From: an uncultured delta proteobacterium
Lineage (GTDB): Bacteria > Desulfobacterota > RBG-13-43-22
NCBI GenBank assembly: GCA_963843145.1
Contig: CAWJJC010000022.1
Location: 416,001-480,000 of the forward strand
DNA: 64,000 bases
Direction: 5' to 3'
The notes below the pieces were generated by a model. That model did not search any database. It was not told where the DNA came from and was given only the letters and a program-made list of their open reading frames with translations. Shown here piece by piece: positions 11,134-21,284 of this stretch. How positions within the stretch are numbered: the first letter of the stretch is position 1; the number at the start of each line of letters is the position of its first letter. A program made the translations under genes and the position numbers.

Positions 11134-12333
11134 ATGCCCGGTTATGAAGTGCTTGGGGAAGAAGAAAAAAAAGAGATCCTGGAAGTTCTGGAAACGGGCG
11201 TCCTGTTTCGCTACGGGTTTCCGGCCCAGCGGCAGGGCCGCTATAAGGTTGAAGAGTTTGAAAAGGCCTTTGCCGCTTTTACCGGTCGGAAACATGCCCT
11301 GGCTGTCTCTTCCGGAAGCACGGCCCTGAGGGTGGCCTTGGCCGCCTCGGCGTGGGCTTCGGGGACGAGGTCATTACCACCGGTTTCACTTTTGTGGCCA
11401 CCTGGGAAGCCATACTGGAGACCGGGGCCGTACCAGTGTTCACCGAAATCGACGACACCTTGAATATGGATCCGCAAGACCTGGAAAAGAAAATTACCCC
11501 CCGGACCCGGGCCATCATTCCGGTGCATATGCTGGGAGCCCAGGCGAATATTGAGCCGATTCTGGAAGTCGCCGGCCGGCACAACCTGCCGGTTATTGAA
11601 GATACGGCCCAGGCCGCCGGGGGATTTATCCGAGGTAAGCACCTGGGGTCCTTCGGGGCCATCGGCACCTTTTCCTTCGATTCGGTCAAGACCTTGACCA
11701 CCGGTGAGGGTGGGATGCTGATCATGGACGACCCCGAACTTTTTCGCCGGGCCTCGGAATACCACGATCACGGCCACGACCATATCGGTACCGATCGCGG
11801 ACTGGAGGGCCGGAGCTTCATCGGCTTCAACTACCGGATGATGGAGTTGCAGGGGGCGCTGGGATTGGCGCAATTGCGGAAGCTCCCGGAGATGATCGTC
11901 CCGGCAGCGGGAGAACAAGCGCCGTCTGAAGGCCATCCTCTCGGGGTTGAAGGGAATCAGGTTCCGGCACCTGCCGGATCCGGAGGGCGACACCGCTACT
12001 TTCCTGGCTTTTTTCCTGCCCGATCCGGAAAAAACCCTGGCCTTTAAAGAATTAGCCGGGAAAGGCGGGGTGGGGTTGGTTTATTTTTTCCAGAACACCT
12101 GGCATTATTACCGCAACTGGGAACATCTGCTGGGACAGAAAACCTCCGGCCACAACGGCTGGCCTTTTCGGGCCGCTGACGGGCGCGATCTTCAATACCC
12201 GCCGGATGCGCTTCCCCAGTCGGATGCCTTGATGGCCCGGACCCTGGTACTGCCCATCAACATCAAGATGGACGAGGCGATATTCGGCAAGGTGGAGCAG
12301 TTGGTCTCCGAAGCCAATAATAAATTTTTTTAG
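11134..12333 (+). CDS. DegT/DnrJ PLP aminotransferase, KdnA-like, split by frameshifts
   Basis: MPGYE start, EDTAQA, FSFDSVKTLTTGEGG, DHGHDH; three overlapping ORFs. Confidence 0.8.
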
Positions 12334-12355
12334 CCAAGGGGGGCTAAAAAAATTT

Positions 12356-13093
12356 ATGGAAACTGTCATAATCATCCCGGCCCGCTTTGAATCCTCCCGA
12401 TTCCCCGGCAAGCCCTTGGCTCAGATTCACGGCTGCCCGATGATCGGCCGGGTGATTCTGCGGGCCCGGCAGATCAGCGGGGTTTCCCGGATCGCCGTGG
12501 CCACCGATGACGAGCGGATCATCGCCTGTGCCCGGGAATTTCAGGTCCCGATACTTCGAACCCGCTCGGAGCACCGAACAGGGACCGACCGGATCGCCGA
12601 AGCCGCCGATCAACTGGATCTGGCTCCCGACACGCTGGTGGTCAATATCCAGGGGGACCAGCCTTTTTTCCCCTTCCAGGCCGTTGCGGACCTGATCGCC
12701 GGTCATCAAGAGAATCCGCACTGGCCCCTGAGCACCCTGATCTACCGCATCACCGTCCCGTCCGAGATCCCGGATCCCAAGCATGTGAAGACCGTCTTCG
12801 ATTCCAGCGGCCGGGCCCTTTACTTCTCCCGCTCCCCCATCCCCTTTTACCGCGACGGCGATCCCGCCCCTGTTTATTACAAACACCTGGGCATTTACGC
12901 CTACCGCCGGGACTTCCTCGACATCTTTACTTCCCTCCCCACAGGTCCCCTGGAAGCCGCCGAAAAGCTGGAACAGCTCCGGGCCCTCGAGCACGGCTAC
13001 CCGGTCCAGGTGATCATTACCCTCCACGATTCCTTCGAGGTGGATTCTCCGGAGGACCTGCATCGGTTGCCGGGAGATAACCCCGTTTTTTAA
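12356..13093 (+). CDS. kdsB: 3-deoxy-manno-octulosonate cytidylyltransferase
   Basis: [42 protein letters not shown]. Confidence 0.95.
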   Translation: METVIIIPARFESSRFPGKPLAQIHGCPMIGRVILRARQISGVSRIAVATDDERIIACAREFQVPILRTRSEHRTGTDRIAEAADQLDLAPDTLVVNIQGDQPFFPFQAVADLIAGHQENPHWPLSTLIYRITVPSEIPDPKHVKTVFDSSGRALYFSRSPIPFYRDGDPAPVYYKHLGIYAYRRDFLDIFTSLPTGPLEAAEKLEQLRALEHGYPVQVIITLHDSFEVDSPEDLHRLPGDNPVF

Positions 13094-13118
13094 TAGCCGG
13101 TTGAAAAGGGGATTAGGA

Positions 13119-13484
13119 ATGAAAAAGTCCGGATGCCTTGAAATCACAATTTGTGATTTCAAGTTGGGGTGTTTGCGGCGGGCTCGACCTTATGCCTTCA
13201 CTGAACAAGGCGTGGCCATGCTTTCCAGTGTGCTGCGCAGTGAGCGGGCTATTCAGGTCAACATCGCCATCATGAGGGTTTTCGTACGACTCCGCCAGAT
13301 GCTGGCAACCCATAAGGATCTGGCGACCAAGTTGGCCGAGCTTGAAAATCGGCTTAAGGATCACGATGAGCAGATTTTGGCCATCTTCGACGCCATCCGC
13401 GCCCTGATGGTCCCACCGGAAAAACCCAAGAAGAAGATCGGGTTCGACCTGAAGGAGAAACAAGCGGGATACAGAAAAAGATGA
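13119..13484 (+). pseudogene. ORF6N-domain protein, N-terminally truncated
   Basis: [33 protein letters not shown] and KKKIGF are present; N-terminal half missing. Confidence 0.7.
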
Positions 13485-13645
13485 AAAGATGGGGGGAAAA
13501 GAGTGTTATAAAGCCAGGAACGCCTAAGAAAAAACGCCCCCTCAACCAAAATTGAGAAGGCGTCGGGCCGGAGATGCTATCTCCGGGGCTGTTAATTATT
13601 GTATTTTACCATCTGCCTGCGTTTCGTCAAGAAAATAGAAATTTT

Positions 13646-13724
13646 GGAGTGCGGCGACACGTCGCCGCTTTCCTATATCGGGACGCGTCCCAGTGATCAA
13701 AGCGCGGACGCGTCCGCGCACTCC
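13646..13724. repeat. REP-like inverted pair (GGAGTGCGG-type)
   Basis: ggagtgcggcgacacgtcgccgcttt and aaagcgcggacgcgtccgcgcactcc, each palindromic and mutually inverted. Confidence 0.7.
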
Positions 13725-13777
13725 AAAAAAACCAACGGTCGCCATAACGGTATACTACACCGATAGAAGGAGGCAAA

Positions 13778-15244
13778 ATGCCAACCATCGGACGAAACGA
13801 CCCCTGTCCTTGCGGCAGCGGGAAAAAGTACAAGAAATGCTGTCTAAACGAAACCAAGGTGGTCTCCACCGAAGAGTTCCACTACCAGCGGTTGTCGGAG
13901 GCCTATAACCAGGTCTTCGACAAAATGGCCGAATTTTGCGGACGGGTGCTGGGGCCGGAGGCGGAGGACCGGGCTTTGTCCGAGTACTGGATGGCCGCCG
14001 GCGTAGACGTCTCTCCCGCCGACGAGGATATTAAACGGCAGATGCCTCTGTTCGCTCCCTGGATGGTTTTCAACTGGGAGGTTGACGCGTCTGCTTCCGC
14101 CAAAAATCGACCGGCCATCGAGGGGAAGACAGTAGCCGAAATCCTTCTCCAGGATCCGACTTGCCGGCTCGATTCCCTGGAACGCCAGTTGGCCGAAGCC
14201 TCCAATCGTAACCCTTACCGTTTTTTCGAAGTGCTGCGGGTGGACCCTGGGAAACGGGTCGATCTGCAGGACGTCTTGACGGGCGTCACGTATACGGTCC
14301 AGGAGCGGTCTGGGTCGCATTATATGAAACCGCATGACCTGCTCTTCGGTCGAGTGGCCGCGATCGACGAAGTCAACATGTTTATCGGGCTGATCCCCTA
14401 TCCCATTCCCCCCGCCTACAAGGTCGGCCTCATCGAATTGCGAAACCGGCTGAAGGCGGGAAAGGCGGAGATCACCGAGGCCGACATCCGGACCGGGGAG
14501 ACGGAAATCCGCCGGGAGTTTTTTCTGATGGACCACTTCCTGCACCATCCCCCCACCATCTGCAACACCGACGGCGATCCTTTGGAACCGCATAAACTGA
14601 TTTTCGAGATTGATTCGCCGGAAAGGGTGTTGGATGAACTGGCCTCTCTCAGTGTCACCGAATCCAAGGAAGAGATTGTCCGCAACGCCCACTACAACGA
14701 GGACGGCAGCCTTCAACGGGTGGAATGGGACTGGAGCCGGCCGGGCCACAAACAAAGCCCCGGAATGTCCAATACGATTCTGGGAAATTTGAAGATCGAC
14801 GGAAGCCGGTTTACGGTCGAGGTGAATTCGGCGAATCGGGCCAAAAAAATTCGAAAAACTATCGAAAAACGTTTGGGAACCACGGTCCGCTTCAAACTGG
14901 ACGAAATCACTCCATTCAGACCACAGGAAGTGTGGGAATCCGCCCAGGACCCGGATAGGCGGGAATCGGCCTCCGATAAATTCCTGATCCAGAACCCGGA
15001 GGTGCAACGGGCACTGGCCGAAAGCATGCGGTCCCATTGGGAAGGCTGGGTGGACATGAAAATCCCGGCTTTAGGTAACCGGACTCCGCGAGAGGCGGTT
15101 CGCACGGCAGACGGCCGGGAGGCCGTGGAGGCCCTGCTCATCGATTTTGAACGGGGGAAAGCCGTCCAACCGGAGTTGAACGAGTTCAACCGTCGTGGGG
15201 TTCAGCGGGTCAGGGAATTACTGGGCTTGGCGAAAAAAGGATAG
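13778..15244 (+). CDS. SEC-C motif protein with C-terminal MbcA/Xre-antitoxin-like domain
   Basis: [18 protein letters not shown]; C-terminal [17 protein letters not shown]. Confidence 0.8.
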   Translation: MPTIGRNDPCPCGSGKKYKKCCLNETKVVSTEEFHYQRLSEAYNQVFDKMAEFCGRVLGPEAEDRALSEYWMAAGVDVSPADEDIKRQMPLFAPWMVFNWEVDASASAKNRPAIEGKTVAEILLQDPTCRLDSLERQLAEASNRNPYRFFEVLRVDPGKRVDLQDVLTGVTYTVQERSGSHYMKPHDLLFGRVAAIDEVNMFIGLIPYPIPPAYKVGLIELRNRLKAGKAEITEADIRTGETEIRREFFLMDHFLHHPPTICNTDGDPLEPHKLIFEIDSPERVLDELASLSVTESKEEIVRNAHYNEDGSLQRVEWDWSRPGHKQSPGMSNTILGNLKIDGSRFTVEVNSANRAKKIRKTIEKRLGTTVRFKLDEITPFRPQEVWESAQDPDRRESASDKFLIQNPEVQRALAESMRSHWEGWVDMKIPALGNRTPREAVRTADGREAVEALLIDFERGKAVQPELNEFNRRGVQRVRELLGLAKKG

Positions 15245-15913
15245 ATGTTGGACGCTCCTACCCCTCCAAAATGCCTCGAATGCGCCAAATTTTACCGGCA
15301 CCAGCCTCACGTCACGTGCCGGGTCTGCAATGACTTCAGGCTGGAAGAAACGCTCTTATGCGATCTGAACCGAATGATTCAGAAGCCGGACCCTTTCCAT
15401 TGTCACGCCTTCCAGCCCCGGCTCCACCTGGCCGGGACGAGGGAAGATGGACAGCCTACGAAATCGAGGCCGACTCCTCCTCGATCCCAGCTTCAATTCC
15501 TCCGGGATTTTTTGAAATCGGATAAGATCAAGTACCGAAAGGCCCTGGCCCTGCAAAAACTGGAACAGGACCCGGATGAGATTATAGTCAATCTTAAATA
15601 TCACCTGCTCTGGAACACGGCCCACCGAAGGCCGGTCTTTATTCCTCCCAAAAAGTATTTTGAAAATGTATTCGACCTGTTTCTCGGTTTCGGGGAATTG
15701 GTCGGTGGTACGGCCGCTTTGATGTGGCTGGCCCCGGATCATGTCCATGTCTATGTGGAAACGGATGGCGAGAAACCCTTGGAGGCCATTGTGAAGAAAT
15801 TGAAGGCAGCTTCCTCTAAAGCCCTTTTGGAGCAATTTCAAAACACGAAGGAGAATCTGACCAAAGGCGGACGCCTTTGGGATAAGGCTTATTTTGTAGA
15901 GACCATAGGCTGA
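15245..15913 (+). CDS. IS200-like Y1 transposase domain with Cys-rich N-terminus, lacking the C-terminal catalytic helix
   Basis: KYHLLW, DHVH (HUH), LWDKAYFVETIG then stop. Confidence 0.7.
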   Translation: MLDAPTPPKCLECAKFYRHQPHVTCRVCNDFRLEETLLCDLNRMIQKPDPFHCHAFQPRLHLAGTREDGQPTKSRPTPPRSQLQFLRDFLKSDKIKYRKALALQKLEQDPDEIIVNLKYHLLWNTAHRRPVFIPPKKYFENVFDLFLGFGELVGGTAALMWLAPDHVHVYVETDGEKPLEAIVKKLKAASSKALLEQFQNTKENLTKGGRLWDKAYFVETIG

Positions 15914-16341
15914 AGGTATTTGTACAATTTTCGGCAGGTGGCGTCGAAGGACCGCGATTCCTCTTCCGAATCCAAGTGGCGACAATAGGGACCGCCCTCC
16001 AGTCCGATCGTTTCCATCAGTTTCTGTTGGGGAGTAAAGCGGAGGTATTCATTGTCATCGTTGACCTCCCGAATGATCTCCCCGCCGAGCAGCCAGAGGT
16101 TATCGATGTGGTTTCGGATAGTTGACTTGGACCACCCGTAATCGATAAGCGACTGAATGAAAGGACGAAATACCTCGACAAGTCCTTCCCCATAGGGAAC
16201 ATCTTTGTCCTCACCTTTCCAACTGTCTGGCCATTCCTGAAAATCGGGGCAGATCTTTTCAATGGTCAGGAGGGAGAGGGCCGCCCTCTTTTGCTTAAGG
16301 GGAGAATTCTCCACGCCCTTCTTGGTTAATCGAGTGCTCAT
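15889..16341 (-). CDS. Hypothetical protein
   Basis: 150-aa ORF overlapping the upstream gene's stop. Confidence 0.6.
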   Translation of the reverse strand: MSTRLTKKGVENSPLKQKRAALSLLTIEKICPDFQEWPDSWKGEDKDVPYGEGLVEVFRPFIQSLIDYGWSKSTIRNHIDNLWLLGGEIIREVNDDNEYLRFTPQQKLMETIGLEGGPYCRHLDSEEESRSFDATCRKLYKYLQPMVSTK

Positions 16342-16526
16342 TTCTTTCCCAAAGCCTCCAAGTCAGCCATTTCTTTTTGCTTCCGCTCGATTTCCTCTTC
16401 CAGCTCTTCAATGACCAGCAATTGGTGGGGGCGGATAGAGTGGGCCGGCAGGGCCGCTTCGCGGTCGACCTTATCCAACTTTAGTTTTTCTATCTCTTCC
16501 TGAAGCCGGGCTATTTTAGGGTCCAT
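16338..16526 (-). CDS. Small coiled-coil hypothetical protein
   Basis: DREAALPAHSIRPHQ core; ATG 16526. Confidence 0.65.
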   Translation of the reverse strand: MDPKIARLQEEIEKLKLDKVDREAALPAHSIRPHQLLVIEELEEEIERKQKEMADLEALGKK

Positions 16527-16672
16527 GGGGAGTGATCCTATCAAAAACCTTGAAGAAGTCAAGAAGGCTTCAAGCCGTCATCCCCGATCAGGGCCGCAGA
16601 CGAAGTTGGGATCATTTAGATCGGCAGGGGAGCGACCACCTGGACCTCATAGGGGGGGGCATTTCGTCCCAT

Positions 16673-17512
16673 TTATGGGTTTATCGGCTCCGCCTGCTTG
16701 ATCCAGAAAAAACGTTTGTACTTGTCCCCCTGGTATTCCACCAGGGCCCTGATTTTTTGCGAGGGAATGAAAAACGGCTGGCGTATTTCCGAGAAGAGAA
16801 TTATTTCTTCGGTTTCTTTATCCTGCAGGAAATTGGGATAGCCCTTTACCGCCTCGGATTTATCCACCCGGACCATCACCCGGGTGATCTCTTTTTCGGG
16901 ATTCAGGCCCAGAGGGTTCCCGGATAAGGGACTGCTTTCCAGGACGGTCCCCCAGAGGATCGCCCGGCGGGTTTCCAGGAAACTTTCGGGCAGGTTGGTT
17001 TTTCCCTTTTGGATGCCCTTTCCTGTTGGAGAAAGTTCTACCTTCGAAGGGGGGACTGGATAAGCAAACAGGGTTTCTGGCTTGGTTTCTCCCGGTTCTG
17101 AAGGGAAGGTGAGCCGGGAAGGGCTGGAGGTGGATGAGGGTTCATTTTTTTGTCGATCAGGTGCCGGGCCGTAGAGCCGGACCCATTGAGCCACTTTATA
17201 CTCCCCTTTCCAGATAAAAGCCTGGGGAACAGATCTTTCTATCCGGGAGAGCAGTTGACGTGCCGGTTTTTCCTGCTTGAATTGTCCGATCCGGACGGCA
17301 TAGAGCGAGCCTTTTTTTTCAATACGTAGGGCTTCCAGATAGGCGGGTCCGAACTTTCGTTGGAGAGATCGGTATTGGTTTTCGGCATTTTTTATTTTCT
17401 GATAAATCCCGACCTGGACACTGTAGATTTCGGCTCCGAAAACAGTTCCGGGGCCAATCAACAGGACCGTCAGCAATAATAAAAACGCCCGTTTCAACAA
17501 TGATAACCTCAC
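16673..17512 (-). CDS. SPOR-domain exported protein
   Basis: Signal peptide then YSVQVG...YAVRIGQF. Confidence 0.7.
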   Translation of the reverse strand: MRLSLLKRAFLLLLTVLLIGPGTVFGAEIYSVQVGIYQKIKNAENQYRSLQRKFGPAYLEALRIEKKGSLYAVRIGQFKQEKPARQLLSRIERSVPQAFIWKGEYKVAQWVRLYGPAPDRQKNEPSSTSSPSRLTFPSEPGETKPETLFAYPVPPSKVELSPTGKGIQKGKTNLPESFLETRRAILWGTVLESSPLSGNPLGLNPEKEITRVMVRVDKSEAVKGYPNFLQDKETEEIILFSEIRQPFFIPSQKIRALVEYQGDKYKRFFWIKQAEPINP

Positions 17513-17785
17513 AAAAAGCCTGAGAATGTCCTTCCGTTTGGCAAGAGACCCCGCGGCCGTGAAGGGCCCTCACTTCATTTGAATATTGATTCGGTCCAGG
17601 CCGGATGCCCTAATTTTACGTGGATTTAGCAGGCTGTCAACTTTTAAACGCTATCGGTAAGGGCCGAATCATCCGCCTCCATTGGTAGGGTAGGGCCGTC
17701 GAGTCTGCGGGAAGGATTTTTCTTAATAGACCCATTTAGGATAACGGCCTTTACAAAACGGAGTAAAACAAATATATTTTTACTT

Positions 17786-18742
17786 ATGAAGTGGTCATCT
17801 TACTTCGCCAAAATACTGTTCACCCTGGTTGGGCTGCTGGTTACAGCCCCTGGTCTCGCAGCGCAAGAGCCAATGGCGCCCTTCTTTCTTATGGGCGACG
17901 GCTGGGTGCATATTCGGAATGCCCAGAATAACCTGGAGATCAAGGTCCATCTGCTCAACGCCGACGGGTCCTTAAACGATGCTGCCTTGAGCCGGGTCGA
18001 CACCGTCTTCGGCTTTTCCAGCAAAGATCCGGAGGATCACATCTCGCCCCGGTTACTTTTTATGCTCGATTACTTCTCAGATCTAGTGGCCCCGGGGAAA
18101 TTGATTCACCTCCATTCCGGGTACCGGAATCCGGAATATAACCAGAAACTGAAGCAGGCTGGCTTGACCGTGGCCAAGACCAGCCTGCATATAGACGGGA
18201 TGGCCCTGGATTTCTCCATCGAGGGGGTGAAGGGCCGGGACCTCTGGGAAATCGTCCGGCAGAAGAACTGCTGCGGCATCGGCTATTACGGCGGAGAGGT
18301 CGTTCACCTGGATGCCGGCCGGCCCCGATTCTGGGAAAAGGCCACAGCCGGGGTCGACACTGGGGAAAGCGACTATAACCGGCGCCTGACCCTCTCCACG
18401 GAATTTGATCGCTACCGTCCCGGACAAAGGGTGCGACTTATTTTGGCTTCGTTGAGTGACTTGGGGTTCGGGATCAACCGTTCGGGGGGCCTGGTCGGAG
18501 ATCGGGAAGGGGAAGAATTCGTTGCCGGCCTGAACCTCCAAAACAGCGGCAGCCAGGATTGTATCTTTATTCAGGACCGGAGGGCTACCCGTTTTATTTA
18601 TTTTGACCTCCCCCAGGAAATTACGGAAGGCCGCTACCGGATTCGTCTTAACTTTTGCCAACGGCCTTTTGAGCAGATGCCGCTCAAGGCGGTGTCCAAT
18701 GAGATCGAGATATGGAGCTCACTGAAGAAATCAGAAAAATAG
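17786..18742 (+). CDS. DUF882/YcbK (peptidase M15-like) exported protein
   Basis: SGYRNPEYN, SLHIDGMALD, GIGYY, VHLDAG motifs. Confidence 0.82.
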   Translation: MKWSSYFAKILFTLVGLLVTAPGLAAQEPMAPFFLMGDGWVHIRNAQNNLEIKVHLLNADGSLNDAALSRVDTVFGFSSKDPEDHISPRLLFMLDYFSDLVAPGKLIHLHSGYRNPEYNQKLKQAGLTVAKTSLHIDGMALDFSIEGVKGRDLWEIVRQKNCCGIGYYGGEVVHLDAGRPRFWEKATAGVDTGESDYNRRLTLSTEFDRYRPGQRVRLILASLSDLGFGINRSGGLVGDREGEEFVAGLNLQNSGSQDCIFIQDRRATRFIYFDLPQEITEGRYRIRLNFCQRPFEQMPLKAVSNEIEIWSSLKKSEK

Positions 18743-18750
18743 CCGACCGC

Positions 18751-19029
18751 TTATTTTCCGCCGGAGAAAAAGGTCATCCAAACCCCCAATACCATAAAAA
18801 GCACCCCGGCCCCGATTTTTATCATCTGGGGTGGGATCAGTTTGTGGACGACCCCTCCCAGGAGCACTCCCAGAAGAGAAGTCAGGACCAGTGCTCCGGC
18901 CGAACCTAAAAAGACGGCCAGACGTGATGAGCTGTTGGCTGAAAAGGCAAAAGTGGCCAACTGGGTCTTGTCCCCCAACTCAGCCAGAAAAATCATCCCA
19001 AAGGTAGTGAACAAGGTTTTATAGTCCAT
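18751..19029 (-). CDS. TMEM165/GDT1 family protein
   Basis: FLAELGDKTQL signature. Confidence 0.92.
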   Translation of the reverse strand: MDYKTLFTTFGMIFLAELGDKTQLATFAFSANSSSRLAVFLGSAGALVLTSLLGVLLGGVVHKLIPPQMIKIGAGVLFMVLGVWMTFFSGGK

Positions 19030-19132
19030 GAAATTCTCCCGGGTGTATTTTGTTATAACATTTGATTTTAAGGGTGTATATTTACCTGATTATAATACCG
19101 GATGACAACACCATTATTTAAAGGAGGACAAA

Positions 19133-19462
19133 ATGGCTGAATGCTTCTATCCCAAGGATGGCCGGAAGTATATTCCACAACTGAAGGAGCTGAAACCCGA
19201 ACTCTTCGAATCTTTCATGGCCTTGAATGAAAAGACTTTTGCCGAAGGATCCCTCTCCACTAAAACGAAGGAATTGATCGCTGTGGCCGTAGCCCACACC
19301 ACACGCTGTCCTTACTGTATCGAAGGCCACATTCAGATGGCCAAAAAAGCTGGGGCCACCGGGGAAGAGATTGCCGAATCGATATTTGTAGCCGTGGCTA
19401 TGAATGCCGGGGCAGCTTTTGCCCATTCCATCATATCCCTGGAAACCTTGGATTCCAAATAA
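19133..19462 (+). CDS. Carboxymuconolactone decarboxylase/AhpD family protein
   Basis: KELIAVAVAH...CPYCIEGH; RBS aggagg. Confidence 0.9.
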   Translation: MAECFYPKDGRKYIPQLKELKPELFESFMALNEKTFAEGSLSTKTKELIAVAVAHTTRCPYCIEGHIQMAKKAGATGEEIAESIFVAVAMNAGAAFAHSIISLETLDSK

Positions 19463-19497
19463 AGGGGGAAAACGATCGGGGGGAGTTGAACCTATCT

Positions 19498-20001
19498 ATG
19501 GCGAATATCCTTTGTTTTACCAGAAATCGATGCACCACCGTGGAAAGGGTGGATGATCAGACGACCCGATCCACCTGCCGCGTCCAGGACACGCTGATGG
19601 AGGCCTGGGTGGAGATCCTGGTTAGGTCTCCCGACCTGGAAATCGTTGAGGTGAGGGGTCAAGTCAGACGGTCCGGTGAAGGGGACCGGGCCGACATCTC
19701 CTCGGATCTGCAACAAGTCCTCGGCGCCCGGGTGGGGCCGGGGATCAAGAAGATCATCCGGGGTCTTATCGCCAATGGGCCTTTGGTGGAAACGTTCTCC
19801 ACCCTTTTGGAGGAATGCTGCAACGGCGTTATCCTGTCTTTTACCCGGGACGTCCTGGTGCTGGCCCCCCAAAACCGGGCCGGAGAGAAGGACTTCTTTT
19901 CCAACATGGTCCGGGCCAATCCCAGGCTGTATAACAGTTGCGCGGCCCTTTCCGCGGACAGCCCGCTGATGGCGGACCTGGATCTTGACTCTAAATGCTA
20001 A
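19498..20001 (+). CDS. DUF2889-like protein
   Basis: FTRNR...DT...LEIVEV...ECC...NSC pattern resembling the N-terminus of the next gene. Confidence 0.55.
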   Translation: MANILCFTRNRCTTVERVDDQTTRSTCRVQDTLMEAWVEILVRSPDLEIVEVRGQVRRSGEGDRADISSDLQQVLGARVGPGIKKIIRGLIANGPLVETFSTLLEECCNGVILSFTRDVLVLAPQNRAGEKDFFSNMVRANPRLYNSCAALSADSPLMADLDLDSKC

Positions 20002-21116
20002 AATTCGCTCGGAATAAACTGACCAGCGTTTACCGGAAGGGTGAAGACCGGCTGTCGGTCCATGGGGTATTGGAAGACGATATCTACGGCCTGGAAATTG
20101 ACCTGGACCTGAGCCTCTCCGGTCTGGAGGTCCTGTCCATTAAGGGGCGCTGGAATCGGATGGAGAATGCGGAATGCCCCCGGGCCCTCCCTTTTCTTCA
20201 GGAGGCGGTGGGATTTCGGATCGATCAAGATTTTACCCAGAAGGTTCAGAAGATCGTGGGCCGGAGGTCCTGCCGCCATTTTGCGGATTTGATCCTGGAG
20301 TGCGGCCAAGCGGCCCGGGACGCCGCCTGGCTCATCCGGGGAAAGGATCCGGAACTTCAAAGGCCGGAGATGGAGGTCCAGGACTATTTCGGGAAGGCCG
20401 GCGGATCGAGGAAAACCGAGTCCCCGTCCGAACTTTCCGTTGAGGGAAAAGGGGAGGAACGCGACCGGGAGGCCTCCCGGGGAATGGTGATCGACCTCCA
20501 TGTCCATTCCTCTCCGGCCTCCCCCTGCAGTTCCAATCCGGTGGAGCGGCTGATTGAAGAGGCCCGGGCGATCGGTCTGGATGGAATCTGCCTGACCGAT
20601 CACAATTATGTCTGGGATCCGGCCGAGGTGGAAGGCCTCCGGGAAAAGCATGGCTTCCTTATCCTGCGGGGCAATGAAATCACCACGGACCAGGGAGATA
20701 TTCTGGTATTAGGCCTGGATGAAGATATTCAAGGAGTGATCAAACTGGAGGAACTCCGGGAAAGGGTTCTCAAGGCAGGCGCCTTTATGATCGCGGCCCA
20801 TCCCTTCCGAGGTTTTCTGACTTTCGGGATTGGGTATCTTGGTCTGACGCCGGAAAAGGCTCGGAAGCGGCCGGTTTTTCAAAGGGTGGACGCCGTGGAG
20901 GTCCTGAACAGCCGGGTATCCGAGAAAGAAAACCGCTTTGCCGCCCAGGTGGCGGAGGGCCTCGGACTGCCGCTGACCGGCGGGAGCGACGCCCATAAGG
21001 CCGGGGAGGTGGGCCGGTACGCCACCCGCTTTTCCGATCCGATTCGAAATGAACGGGATCTGGTCGAGGCCTTAAAGAAAGGCCGGTTTTCCCCGGTAGT
21101 TTTTCGAAAGCAGTAA
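19995..21116 (+). CDS. DUF2889-like domain fused to a PHP phosphoesterase domain
   Basis: N-terminal ECP...SCRH; C-terminal DLHVHS, TDHN, AHPF, GGSDAH. Confidence 0.75.
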   Translation: MLKFARNKLTSVYRKGEDRLSVHGVLEDDIYGLEIDLDLSLSGLEVLSIKGRWNRMENAECPRALPFLQEAVGFRIDQDFTQKVQKIVGRRSCRHFADLILECGQAARDAAWLIRGKDPELQRPEMEVQDYFGKAGGSRKTESPSELSVEGKGEERDREASRGMVIDLHVHSSPASPCSSNPVERLIEEARAIGLDGICLTDHNYVWDPAEVEGLREKHGFLILRGNEITTDQGDILVLGLDEDIQGVIKLEELRERVLKAGAFMIAAHPFRGFLTFGIGYLGLTPEKARKRPVFQRVDAVEVLNSRVSEKENRFAAQVAEGLGLPLTGGSDAHKAGEVGRYATRFSDPIRNERDLVEALKKGRFSPVVFRKQ

Positions 21117-21140
21117 TCGGCTGTTTGCTAACCCCTTATC

Positions 21141-21284
21141 CCCAGGAAAATCATTATGTTCGGTTCAGCCTGCCGGACGCCTGACCGGGAAGCCGGGGAT
21201 TTGGATCTGATTATCGTTTATGATACTTCGAAGCGTTTTCTGGACCGATTAAAAGAATTGTATGAGGAGAGTGCTTCATGGTAA
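21141..21284 (+). pseudogene. Minimal nucleotidyltransferase (MNT) remnant
   Basis: Translates PRKIIMFGSAC...GDLDLIIV...RFLDRLKELY; in-frame stop just upstream. Confidence 0.55.

Noticed and set aside
13844-15037. Long antisense ORFs (also 12344-13162, 33828-34721, 37727-38575, 48942-49769)
   Set aside because: Shadows of well-supported genes in GC-rich coding DNA
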